Assembly: GCA_001003605.1 (NCBI GenBank)
Contig: LCPL01000005.1
Span: forward strand, 1-63,197
From: Parcubacteria group bacterium GW2011_GWC2_48_17
GTDB lineage: Bacteria > Patescibacteriota > Minisyncoccia > Phycocordibacterales > UBA10002
Direction: 5' to 3'
Length of the DNA: 63,197 nt
Shown here: positions 9,197 to 19,112 of the stretch, one piece after another
Numbering within the stretch: the first letter of the stretch is position 1
Layout: every line of letters starts with the position of its first letter
The notes under the pieces: generated by a model
What the model was told of the DNA's origin: nothing
The model's database searches: none
What the model saw: the letters and a program-made list of their open reading frames with translations, nothing else
Translations under genes and position numbers: made by a program

Positions 9197-9471
9197 CGCG
9201 GGGTGGAGTAACAGTAACTCGCAAGGCTCAAAATGGGCTGAACTCGGTGAAGCCTCATCTGCCAGATGGCGGATTGGTAATACCGAGCCAAGCCCGCCCA
9301 AATTTTGTAGAATAAAATTTAGGCGGGAAGGTGTAGAGACTAGACGGCGAGCCCCCGCTTTGGACGGGGTGAAGGTATAGTCCAGACCACAAATTCGCTT
9401 AAGGCGAAATGACGAAAGTCATAGCGGTATGCATAACCTTGAGATTCCGGGTGCGATTCCCGGCCCCGCAA
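9197..9471 (+). tRNA. initiator-like tRNA-Met (CAU) interrupted by a group I intron
   Basis: Exon 1: CGCGGGG TG GAGT AACAGTA ACTC G CAAGG CT. Exon 2: CATAA CCTTG AGATT CCGGG TGCGATT CCCGG CCCCGCA A. The C1xA72 mismatch is as in bacterial initiator tRNA. Confidence 0.85.
9229..9431 (+). ncRNA. group I intron (IC3-like, ORF-less) in the anticodon loop
   Basis: The 5' exon ends in U33 and the intron ends in G. The core strings CCGAGCCAAGC and GAAGGTGTAGAGACTAGACGGC match my recollection of the Azoarcus tRNA-Ile intron. Confidence 0.8.
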
Positions 9472-9476
9472 CAATC

Positions 9477-9517
9477 AAAACAAAACCGCCTTCAAACTTC
9501 AAAGGCGGTTTTGTTTT
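9477..9517. terminator. bidirectional hairpin terminator
   Basis: AAAACAAAACCGCCTT-CAAACTTCA-AAGGCGGTTTTGTTTT directly follows the tRNA. Confidence 0.7.
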
Positions 9518-9789
9518 AGATTTCGCGAAAGCAGTGAGCAAATTGCTTTGCTCATGTCGGTAATTGCAAGGCGCAGGCATATTCCACGCTTCGCGGAATG
9601 TCGAGCCGGGGCCGCGACCGAGCGAGGCGACGGCCGAGCGAGAGTTGTGACCGCTTCCCGGCCACGCACGAGTCCTCACTACTATACTTTAAAGTATAGA
9701 AGTAACACACCGAAGAAGAGCGAGTTTTGTGTGAAAACGGAACGGGCGTTACGATATACAAGATACGCGGAGGACTGCTAATCGCTTCT

Positions 9790-10353
9790 CTAGATGTAGT
9801 GAAATTCCCTAAACACCTCCTCATAGAGATTGATTACCCGCTTCGCTTCCCTTTCGGTAAGTGCAAACGCGGCGCCTTCGTGCGCTATTTTATTACGCAC
9901 GGCGTGCGCTTCCCATGCCTTATCAAGCGTTACAAAATCGCTTTTTTCAACGCCACGGAGCCGCTCGCCGAGTGAGTCGCCGTGATAACCCATATGAGTA
10001 ATCATTTCATCCAAAAGCACATCGGCTTCAAGCACAGCAAGACGCCAATCGCTTTCTCTTTCTGAATCAAGACGAGTCATTATGCGCCCCCATCTTTTCT
10101 CCGACGGATTTTCCCCATGCCAGCCTTCGCCCTCTTTTCCTCCATGGCCGTGACCTTTGCCGTGGCGCTTATCCTCGTGCAAAGTATCACTAACAATCTG
10201 TTCAATTCGCAAAAAACAGTACACGACGCCGGTGATTAATAGGAGAGAAAATACGGTCGAATAAGGAGTCAGCCACTCCAGGGAAACAAACACCTGCTCC
10301 TTGGAATTTATCCAAGAAGAAGTGAGTAATTCGCTTAAGTCGCTCAAAAGCAT
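9790..10353 (-). CDS. membrane protein with a C-terminal HEPN-like helical domain
   Basis: 187 aa with one TM helix, a His/Gly-rich linker (HGKGHGHGGKEGEGWHG) and a C-terminal AHAVRNKIAHEG containing an R-x4-H motif. Confidence 0.45.
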   Translation of the reverse strand: MLLSDLSELLTSSWINSKEQVFVSLEWLTPYSTVFSLLLITGVVYCFLRIEQIVSDTLHEDKRHGKGHGHGGKEGEGWHGENPSEKRWGRIMTRLDSERESDWRLAVLEADVLLDEMITHMGYHGDSLGERLRGVEKSDFVTLDKAWEAHAVRNKIAHEGAAFALTEREAKRVINLYEEVFREFHYI

Positions 10354-10371
10354 ATAAAAAAGGTGGCTATA

Positions 10372-11799
10372 TTATTTCGACTCGAATTTCTTCCCGAGCT
10401 TGAATAGTAATTTATCATGCCCGTACCCTGCCATGATTTGAAACCCGAGCGGCAATCTCTTTCCGTCGCGCTCCACAAAACCTGATGGGATGCTGACCGC
10501 GGGAATAGCGCCTATATTTGCCGGTACCGTGAAGATGTCCTCCATGTACATGGAAAGCGGGTCTTTTGTCTTTTCTCCAATTTTAAACGCGGGTGTAGGT
10601 GTCGTGGGGATTGCTATGATGTCTACGCTCTTGAACGCTTGAGTAAATTCTTTCTCTATCATCGCGCGCACGCTAATCGCCTTTCTATAATACGCGTCGC
10701 GGTACCCCGACGAAAGCACGTATGCGCCAAGGAGAAGCCGGCGGCGCGCTTCCATGCCAAATCCTTCGGTGCGCGTCGCCACATAATCGCCAAGAAGCGA
10801 CTCTCCATCCTTATGGAACCCATACTTAACTCCATCAAAACGTGAAAGGTTGGTGGAAAGCTCCGCGGGCATTATCACGTAATACGCCGCGAGCGCGTGC
10901 GGTACCGTGGGAAGCGTAATATCTTGTACTCTGCATCCGAGCTTTTGGAGCCTTTCGACAGACTCGCTGAAATTGGCGAGAACATCCTCGTCAATACCTT
11001 TTGCATCAAGAAAATTCCTCGGCACGCCCACGACAAAGCGTTCAGCGTTTAGCGTAGAGCGTTTAGTATTGAGTTCGATAGAGGTGCTGTCGAGCACGTC
11101 CTTCCCTCTGATTGCGTCAAACAAAATCTCACTGTCTTCCACAGTCTTTGTGATGGGTCCGATGATGTCAAGCGACGAGCCCATGGCAATGATTCCGTGG
11201 CGGGAAATGGAACCGTAGGTCGGCTTACTTCCGACCACTCCGCAAAAAGCGGCAGGCTGGCGCACTGAACCGGCCGTGTCGGTCCCAAGAGACGCGAGGG
11301 CAAGGTCGGCGCCGACCGCGGCCGCGGCTCCTCCAGAAGAGCCACCGGGAACACGGCTGGTGTCGTATGGATTTCTTGTCGGACCGAAGTAGCTCGTCTC
11401 CGTGGAACTCCCCATGGCAAACTCGTCCATATTGGTGCGACCGAGCACCACCACCCTTTCCGCTTTGAGCTTTGAAATAGCAGTGCTGTCGTACGGAGCG
11501 ACATATCCTTGGAGTATCTTCGAAGACGCGCTTACTTTTTTGCCCTTCATTAGAATATTATCCTTAAGCGCGATTGGAATACCGGTAAGCATTACGGCTT
11601 TCCCGGCTTTGATGAGTCGGTCCGCTTCTTTTGCCTGTTCCCGCGCGTCATCAAAAACTTCCAGATACGCATTCAGTCCCGCGTTTTTCTTTTCAATCTC
11701 CGAAAGATACGCTTCGGACAGCTCGAGGGCGGAATACTCGCCATGTATGAGAGCGTCGTGAGCTTTTTTAATTGTTAGAGTTTTGAGGTCAATAGACAT
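10372..11799 (-). CDS. gatA: Asp/Glu-tRNA amidotransferase subunit A
   Basis: Amidase signature GGSSGGAAAAV and conserved GatA layout. The ATG at 11799 (MSIDLK) is preferred. The 12 extra codons of the longer ORF are encoded by the GTGTAGCG repeat. Confidence 0.9.
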   Translation of the reverse strand: MSIDLKTLTIKKAHDALIHGEYSALELSEAYLSEIEKKNAGLNAYLEVFDDAREQAKEADRLIKAGKAVMLTGIPIALKDNILMKGKKVSASSKILQGYVAPYDSTAISKLKAERVVVLGRTNMDEFAMGSSTETSYFGPTRNPYDTSRVPGGSSGGAAAAVGADLALASLGTDTAGSVRQPAAFCGVVGSKPTYGSISRHGIIAMGSSLDIIGPITKTVEDSEILFDAIRGKDVLDSTSIELNTKRSTLNAERFVVGVPRNFLDAKGIDEDVLANFSESVERLQKLGCRVQDITLPTVPHALAAYYVIMPAELSTNLSRFDGVKYGFHKDGESLLGDYVATRTEGFGMEARRRLLLGAYVLSSGYRDAYYRKAISVRAMIEKEFTQAFKSVDIIAIPTTPTPAFKIGEKTKDPLSMYMEDIFTVPANIGAIPAVSIPSGFVERDGKRLPLGFQIMAGYGHDKLLFKLGKKFESK

Positions 11800-11802
11800 A
11801 AA

Positions 11803-11868
11803 ACGTGTAGCGTGTAGCGTGTAGCGGAGAATCATCCTGGCGCTATACGTTACACGTCTTGCGTTACA
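11803..11868. repeat. intercistronic word-repeat hairpin (GTGTAGCG)n ... (CGTTACAC)n
   Basis: CGTGTAGCGTGTAGCGTGTAGCG - loop - CGCTATACGTTACACGTCTTGCGTTACAG fills the gatC-gatA spacer. Confidence 0.75.
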
Positions 11869-12151
11869 GTATTTTCTTCACTTTGACATAGTTTCCTTCC
11901 CTTCTCGGCGCCGCCCCAATAAGTACGTCTGTGTATATGCCGCTTTCGTGCGGAGTACCATCCTCGCGCATCACATTCACCGTCGCTACGATTGAACGTA
12001 TGTTTTTTGCCGAGGCGGCGGAAACGTTGCGTATTGAGGCGACATATCCCAAAATCGCGTCAAACTCGCCGCGCATCCGCTCTTTCTCGTCTTCCGTAAG
12101 TGAAATTCTCGCGAGCGCCGCCAAGTTTTCTATTTCCTTCAGAGTAATCAC
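11864..12151 (-). CDS. gatC: Asp/Glu-tRNA amidotransferase subunit C
   Basis: 95 aa with LARISLTEDEKERM and a position directly upstream of gatA. Confidence 0.85.
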   Translation of the reverse strand: MITLKEIENLAALARISLTEDEKERMRGEFDAILGYVASIRNVSAASAKNIRSIVATVNVMREDGTPHESGIYTDVLIGAAPRREGNYVKVKKIL

Positions 12152-12284
12152 AAAGACATACTAACATATTTACACACATGAGCATTTCTTGACGAAGGCC
12201 GAAAAGACTGATAACTTATTCATCGGAGAACTGCGGTATATTGTGCCGCTTTTGCTCCTACAACAAAGAAGTCAACACACACAC

Positions 12285-12560
12285 ATGACAAAGCGAACGA
12301 AAAGGCCCTTTAAAAAGGGCGACCTCATCACTCCGGTACACCAAGCGGTCAAGGCGCTTAATCGCGCACTTGTGGCGACAGCGGGGAGAGTTTTCAGGGT
12401 TGTTTCCCTACTCCTTTGCCCGCGCATGGGATGGATTGTCTGCGTGACCGGCCATCTGAAATTCTTGGCGGAAAATTTCCGCAAGCTGGTCGCCAATCCG
12501 CCACCGCCTCGTAGGAGGGAGTCGAATCGGGTCTTCAGAAGACCTCTGCCCTTCGCGTAG
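12285..12560 (+). CDS. small basic hypothetical protein (doubtful)
   Basis: ATG-initiated 91 aa ORF in an otherwise gene-free 440-nt gap, followed by a hairpin at 12580..12602. No homology recognised. Confidence 0.25.
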   Translation: MTKRTKRPFKKGDLITPVHQAVKALNRALVATAGRVFRVVSLLLCPRMGWIVCVTGHLKFLAENFRKLVANPPPPRRRESNRVFRRPLPFA

Positions 12561-12579
12561 TCCGCGCTCAATTTCCAGA

Positions 12580-12602
12580 GACCGATGGCAACCCCATCGG
12601 TC
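12580..12602. terminator. hairpin shared by convergent transcripts
   Basis: GACCGATGG-CAACC-CCATCGGTC followed by TTATTT. It abuts the ligA stop codon. Confidence 0.5.
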
Positions 12603-14665
<2,063 letters not shown>

Positions 14666-14666
14666 T

Positions 14667-15209
14667 TTAGTATCGCACCCTCAACGCTCTTTCCACTCTA
14701 GCGGGATTTGGTCCGACTCCGCAATCATTTCTGCCGCGAGATTCTATCACAGTAAAACCGGAAACGGTCTTGCCGACCGTGACTATCGCGCAACCCTTAG
14801 GCGTAAAATCGAGCGTGAATGTGCTCGTTGCCGCGGCAGTATTGCCGCTAACAAAAGACACTGAAACATTTGGTGCGCCGTTACAGCCAATAAAAGCGCG
14901 CCCTATGTCGTCGTAGGCAGACGGAAATACGAGTTCGGTCTTCCCTGCATTGATATCCCAATAAAGCGCGCACTCGATTCCAGTGTCAGCGGAAAAAAAC
15001 GCGTATTCGGATTCCTTGCCGGCCACTGAAAGAAGAATTTCCCTTATAGACATATGCGCGATTGCGAGGCCAAGGGAGAAAAGGAGGCTCGCGACCAGCA
15101 CGGCAAAGAGGATGGTGAAGCCCGAAGAAGCGTTTAGCGTGGAGCGTTTAGTGGAATAGTCGTAGACTGCGTTTAGAAGGTACGCGCATTTGTGTATTTC
15201 TCTTTTCAT
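14667..15209 (-). CDS. pilin-like protein (minor pilin or pseudopilin)
   Basis: The ASSG/FTILFAVLVASLLF hydrophobic N-terminus resembles a class III signal but lacks Glu+5. The long leader MKREIHKCAYLLNAVYDYSTKRSTLNASSG is shared with 15930..16592. Confidence 0.6.
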   Translation of the reverse strand: MKREIHKCAYLLNAVYDYSTKRSTLNASSGFTILFAVLVASLLFSLGLAIAHMSIREILLSVAGKESEYAFFSADTGIECALYWDINAGKTELVFPSAYDDIGRAFIGCNGAPNVSVSFVSGNTAAATSTFTLDFTPKGCAIVTVGKTVSGFTVIESRGRNDCGVGPNPARVERALRVRY

Positions 15210-15244
15210 TTTTTTACTAACCGCTTTACGCTAACCGCTAGACG

Positions 15245-15925
15245 CTAGTTCTGGATGTACCAATTAAATATATTCTCGCTAATAGTTGTCGTGCGAAGCC
15301 CTAGCGAACCGGCTCGCCAAGTCATGCTCACCGTTATTTTTGCTTCTACGTCATTCTGTATTTCTTCTACAAAAACCTTCCGAATTAAATCTGTTTTGGT
15401 CCACCCGCTGTCAGTTCGATGTCCAAACAATCCTGTAAACGAAATATTGGACCCGGTATATTGATATAGGGCGCAATTGTAGTTAGAAGGCCTACAACCT
15501 ATTATCTGCAGGCCCAGAGGCGCCGTCGAGTCAATACCACATCCTTCAACTTGTAGGCACTCGTTCAATCCTTGTAGCCAATTTGCGCCGCCTCCTTGTC
15601 CATCTATAGCATTTCCATCTCGAACGTTGCGAACGTATTCGATTGCCTCCTGCGCGAGATAAAAAGCGGTTATTTCATGGCGTGCCGCTTCCGTGGCGGC
15701 AAGGCCTTTCTCTGCGATGGTTAGCGGAGCCGTTAGGGAAAGCAACAGTATTGCGATTGCGACAAGGGTTTCAATGATGGTAAAACCTTTTTGAGATGAA
15801 GTATGAAGTATGCCCGCCCGACTGAACGATTCCAGTCGTTCGGGCGGGAAGTATGAAGTATGAAAAAGCCAAGAAAACTGATGTCTCTTTCGTCTTCCTT
15901 CCTTAATTCTTAATTCAGTATTCAT
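15245..15925 (-). CDS. type IV pseudopilin
   Basis: Prepilin motif QKG/FTIIETLVAIAILL. The start is set at the ATG at 15925 (MNTEL), just past the upstream stop. The leader of about 47 aa is encoded by a repeat element. Confidence 0.65.
   Translation of the reverse strand: MNTELRIKEGRRKRHQFSWLFHTSYFPPERLESFSRAGILHTSSQKGFTIIETLVAIAILLLSLTAPLTIAEKGLAATEAARHEITAFYLAQEAIEYVRNVRDGNAIDGQGGGANWLQGLNECLQVEGCGIDSTAPLGLQIIGCRPSNYNCALYQYTGSNISFTGLFGHRTDSGWTKTDLIRKVFVEEIQNDVEAKITVSMTWRAGSLGLRTTTISENIFNWYIQN
15798..15863. repeat. GC hairpin inside a GAAGTATG word array, within the pseudopilin leader coding region
   Basis: GAAGTATGAAGTATG-CCCGCCCGACTGAACGATTCCAGTCGTTCGGGCGGG-AAGTATGAAGTATGA. Confidence 0.7.
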
Positions 15926-15929
15926 AATT

Positions 15930-16592
15930 CTAGTTTTCAACATCCAACAGTCTCTGCGATACCATCGTTTCAATGCCAAAGCTCGATACTGTCTTGCTTT
16001 TGCCCTGCACAGAACCTTTCACTAGGATAAGAACGCGCGGCTGCTCTTTGTCCGAAGTTAAGGTTCCGTCAACGTAAAAGTTCAGTTGCTCGATATGAAT
16101 CTCTGGCGAGGTGATTGGCACGAATGTCGCGGGGTCAGCGAGAAGTCCTTCCTCTCCCGCTCCCACGACTGCCCTGTCAATCGTGCCGTAACTTTCAGTC
16201 ATAGGTGTGTATTTATACACCATACGTTTCCCATTGCGAGCCGTAAAGATAATTGAGGAGGCGGGATTTTGGGCGCAGTCGCGTGTTTCTGTAAGAGTGC
16301 CTTCTGTTATGTCGCAGTGGTAAAGAAAGCCGGTGCGAAGATTTCTCGAGATGTTTTCAAACGCGAAGTAAAGATTATTGACCACGGTCTTCTGTGAGCG
16401 GGCTTTGTGATTTGCTTCGAGGAGCGAAGCGAGACTACCGACTGATATGACCATGATAACCAGAAAAATACCAAACGCCACTATCATCTCCACGAGGGTA
16501 AATCCAGAAGAAGCGTTTAGCGTATAGCGTTTAGTGGAATAGTCGTAGACTGCGTTTAGAAGGTACGCGCATATGTGTATTTTTCTTTTCAT
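15930..16592 (-). CDS. type IV pseudopilin
   Basis: Prepilin motif SSG/FTLVEMIVAFGIFL with a 30 aa leader almost identical to that of 14667..15209. Confidence 0.7.
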   Translation of the reverse strand: MKRKIHICAYLLNAVYDYSTKRYTLNASSGFTLVEMIVAFGIFLVIMVISVGSLASLLEANHKARSQKTVVNNLYFAFENISRNLRTGFLYHCDITEGTLTETRDCAQNPASSIIFTARNGKRMVYKYTPMTESYGTIDRAVVGAGEEGLLADPATFVPITSPEIHIEQLNFYVDGTLTSDKEQPRVLILVKGSVQGKSKTVSSFGIETMVSQRLLDVEN

Positions 16593-16627
16593 GTTTTTAC
16601 TAACCGCTAGACGCTAATCGCTAACCG

Positions 16628-17344
16628 CTATTTAATGGATATTTGCCCAGTGTTGGCAACCTCGACTACCCGCTTATCTCCCGACGGAGAAATGACATAT
16701 ATTCGTGCCGCTTTATATTGATGACCAAAAACGCTTTGATTTGTCTTAATGATAGCATCAGGATTCGGACGCAAGAATGTGACGTCAAGATAAGTAATCG
16801 CTGGATTCGACGCGGGTAAAGAGAGCGTGTTGCATTCCTCATTCTTCTCGCTATCTGGAGCATCCCGTCCCAAATCTCCAGTAGGAAGTACTCCGCAAAA
16901 TTTGTATATGCGGTTTCCCTTCTCCAAAAGAAAGACGTTCATGCATTCGGTGGCACTAAGACATCCTGTAGTGTTGTACGCCGTCCCGTAAGACCCGTTT
17001 AGGACTGCGTCGCCACTCTCGCCTCCTTGGTCCGCAAAAAGCGCGTACGTGTTTAAGCTCTCGGAATCAAAGTGCAGTCCATATCCAACGTTGAAAGTCC
17101 CGGCCCCTCCGCCTTGGAATTCGTGAACGCTCACGCCGTAGCTTTGCGCCTGACGCAGTGATAAGGCGAGTTCGTACGCAAGCGTGGTAACAAAGAGTTG
17201 ATTGCTAACTTTTCTGTACGATAAAAGTATGAGAGTGGCTATGGTGCCAAAGAGCGCTATGGCGACTAGAAGCTCGACGAGCGTGAAGCCCCTTCGGGGA
17301 GAGAAGGTAGAAAGTAGAGGGTAGAGGGTAGAATGAGATTTCAT
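16628..17344 (-). CDS. type IV pseudopilin
   Basis: The internal ATG at 17344 gives MKSHSTLYPLLSTFSPRRG/FTLVELLVAIALFG. The longer ORF to 17626 overlaps pilD and is rejected. Confidence 0.7.
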   Translation of the reverse strand: MKSHSTLYPLLSTFSPRRGFTLVELLVAIALFGTIATLILLSYRKVSNQLFVTTLAYELALSLRQAQSYGVSVHEFQGGGAGTFNVGYGLHFDSESLNTYALFADQGGESGDAVLNGSYGTAYNTTGCLSATECMNVFLLEKGNRIYKFCGVLPTGDLGRDAPDSEKNEECNTLSLPASNPAITYLDVTFLRPNPDAIIKTNQSVFGHQYKAARIYVISPSGDKRVVEVANTGQISIK

Positions 17345-17358
17345 GATATTGCTAGAAC

Positions 17359-18213
17359 CTAGAAGCTGACAGCCAAAAGCTGATCTAAACCGGTTACATC
17401 CCACCCGAATAAATACACCAGAAACAAGCCGAATACCAAAAATGGGCCAAGTGGAAGTTCTGTCTTTGGACCAAGAGCGCTTAGTTTCATTTTGTAATTC
17501 GGTGACAGGATGTTCGACAAAAATGGCAGAAAGGCTTTGAGTAGAAGCGCGCCGAGAGCGAATGCCGCGCCGATCCAAAAACCGACAATAAGCGCGGAGA
17601 GACCCTTCGCGAAGCCCAAAAGCCACGGAAACAAGACGACGAGCTTCGCGTCACCGAGGCCCATCGCTCGCCCGCTTGAGAAAAACCACAGTAGAGCGAA
17701 AGGAGCCGCGATAAGAAAACCAACCCAGAAATCAAAGAAGTATGAAGTATGAAGTATGAAGTATGAATAAAGGAAAAGAAAAAAGGAAACAAATATGGCG
17801 CCGTAGACAAGTCTGTCGGGGATGATTTTGTGCCTGAAATCGTAAACGGAGATGGCGATAAGGAGAGACCAGAAGCAGAGAGAAAGTAGAAGGTAGAAGG
17901 TAGAAGGTAGAGAAAGAGAAGAAAGAATGAGGGAAGATTCTTTCCAGGCCACGCCGAAAAATACGAGGCCGGTGATAAGCTCGACCAAAGGGTATTGGAT
18001 GGAGATACTTCCCTTGCAGCCGAGGCACCGTCCTTTTTGGACCAAAAAGCTAAACAGCGGAAGAAGTTCAAACCAGCTCAAGGTCTTGCCGCAAGATAAA
18101 CATTTTGAGCGTCCGTTAAGTCCCTGCGCGCCATGTCGCAGGACGATTACATTCAGAAAACTTCCGACAATCGTGCCAAGCGCAAAGAAAAACAGGAGAA
18201 TAATTGTGGTCAT
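17359..18213 (-). CDS. pilD: prepilin peptidase / N-methyltransferase
   Basis: Cys motifs CLSCG and CLGCKG, and catalytic Asp contexts YDFRHKIIPD and GLGDAKLV. Polytopic membrane protein. Confidence 0.85.
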   Translation of the reverse strand: MTTIILLFFFALGTIVGSFLNVIVLRHGAQGLNGRSKCLSCGKTLSWFELLPLFSFLVQKGRCLGCKGSISIQYPLVELITGLVFFGVAWKESSLILSSLSLPSTFYLLLSLCFWSLLIAISVYDFRHKIIPDRLVYGAIFVSFFLFLYSYFILHTSYFFDFWVGFLIAAPFALLWFFSSGRAMGLGDAKLVVLFPWLLGFAKGLSALIVGFWIGAAFALGALLLKAFLPFLSNILSPNYKMKLSALGPKTELPLGPFLVFGLFLVYLFGWDVTGLDQLLAVSF

Positions 18214-18320
18214 GGCATTATTTCGTCTAGCGAGGAGCGCCGCGCAAACTTCTTAGTTTGCATGGCGTCCGAGCGAAGACGAACTATAAGGGTATTAATA
18301 CCGCTTTTATTGTATCACGC

Positions 18321-18354
18321 AAAAACCGCTCCGACCTATGCCGGAGCGGTTTTT
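18321..18354. terminator. hairpin terminator downstream of pilA
   Basis: AAAAACCGCTCCG-ACCTATGC-CGGAGCGGTTTTT. Confidence 0.7.
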
Positions 18355-18366
18355 GAAGTAACCGTG

Positions 18367-18840
18367 TTAATTATTCACGTCGTAGGTCCATGGGTCAGCT
18401 GTATCAGCGCCACTGAACTTTGTTCCGCCGCCCCAAGCAGTAGAGTTTGCGTCCGAATCGGCGGTATCAAGGGTAGTTTGAGTCATTGTTTGCTCCATGG
18501 TCGCCCCCAGATGATACTTAGTTGGGCTAGCGAGCGGGTCCCAAGAGAACTTGTAAGCTGACTGGTCTTTCGGGTCGGTTGGGAGTACTGGGAGCGAAGC
18601 TCCTGAACCCGAACCAACGAGCGACGAAAGCGCTACCGGATAAGAACCGTTGGCATCATAATAAAGCTCCATTGCGATTTGAATCTGCTTGAGGTCCGCT
18701 ACGCGGCGAGTATCGCGGGCCTTCGTTCGCGCGCTGTTAAGAGAAGCGAGTACCACGGAAGAAAGGATGCCGATGATTGCTATGACAACCAAAAGCTCAA
18801 TCAGCGTGAAACCGCGCGAGTTCTTCGAAGAAGAATTCAT
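18367..18840 (-). CDS. pilA: type IV major pilin
   Basis: The ATG at 18840 gives MNSSSKNSRG/FTLIELLVVIAIIGILSSV, a canonical class III signal with Glu+5. The gene has its own promoter-like sequence and terminator. Confidence 0.85.
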   Translation of the reverse strand: MNSSSKNSRGFTLIELLVVIAIIGILSSVVLASLNSARTKARDTRRVADLKQIQIAMELYYDANGSYPVALSSLVGSGSGASLPVLPTDPKDQSAYKFSWDPLASPTKYHLGATMEQTMTQTTLDTADSDANSTAWGGGTKFSGADTADPWTYDVNN

Positions 18841-19046
18841 TTGGGTGAATCCCTTGTGATTCGCCTTAGAGAAGAATTTCGACATACATAATAAAATTAT
18901 CGAGTAAAGGGCGTTAACCCATTTGTTGCGTCTTCACTCGGACGAAACGAAAGTCAGAAGAATTTTCATTTCGATCCTTGCTGGCCGCAATAACAACTTA
19001 AAGGCTCTCTTCCGACCGGTAAGAAAGCGCCACTTATTTTGACTCC

Positions 19047-19078
19047 ATTATAGTATACCGCTAAATAGGCATATTCAA
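19047..19078 (-). promoter_or_regulatory. sigma70-like promoter candidate for pilA
   Basis: The minus strand reads TTGAAT - 17 nt - TACTAT (overlapping TATAAT). Confidence 0.35.
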
Positions 19079-19112
19079 GTAAGTAACTGGGGATAAGTAC
19101 ACTAGGTAATAG

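Noticed and set aside
12189-12571. ORFs on both strands in the gatC-ligA gap.
   Set aside because: There are no motifs, the two ORFs are mutually overlapping, and the 123-aa form starts at a TTG. Only the ATG-initiated 91-aa version is kept, as a low-confidence feature.
16628-17626. Long forms of several ORFs: 16628..17626, 25139..25909, 10372..11835, 1021..2325, 8464..8784, 57480..58556.
   Set aside because: The N-terminal extensions overlap the upstream gene or are encoded by intergenic repeat arrays. Internal ATGs give canonical N-termini (prepilin signal, GatA start and so on).
17487-18071. 194-aa and 98-aa minus-strand ORFs overlapping pilD in other frames.
   Set aside because: The pilD frame carries all the conserved peptidase motifs. 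The alternative frames read through tandem word repeats and give Ser/Phe-rich nonsense.
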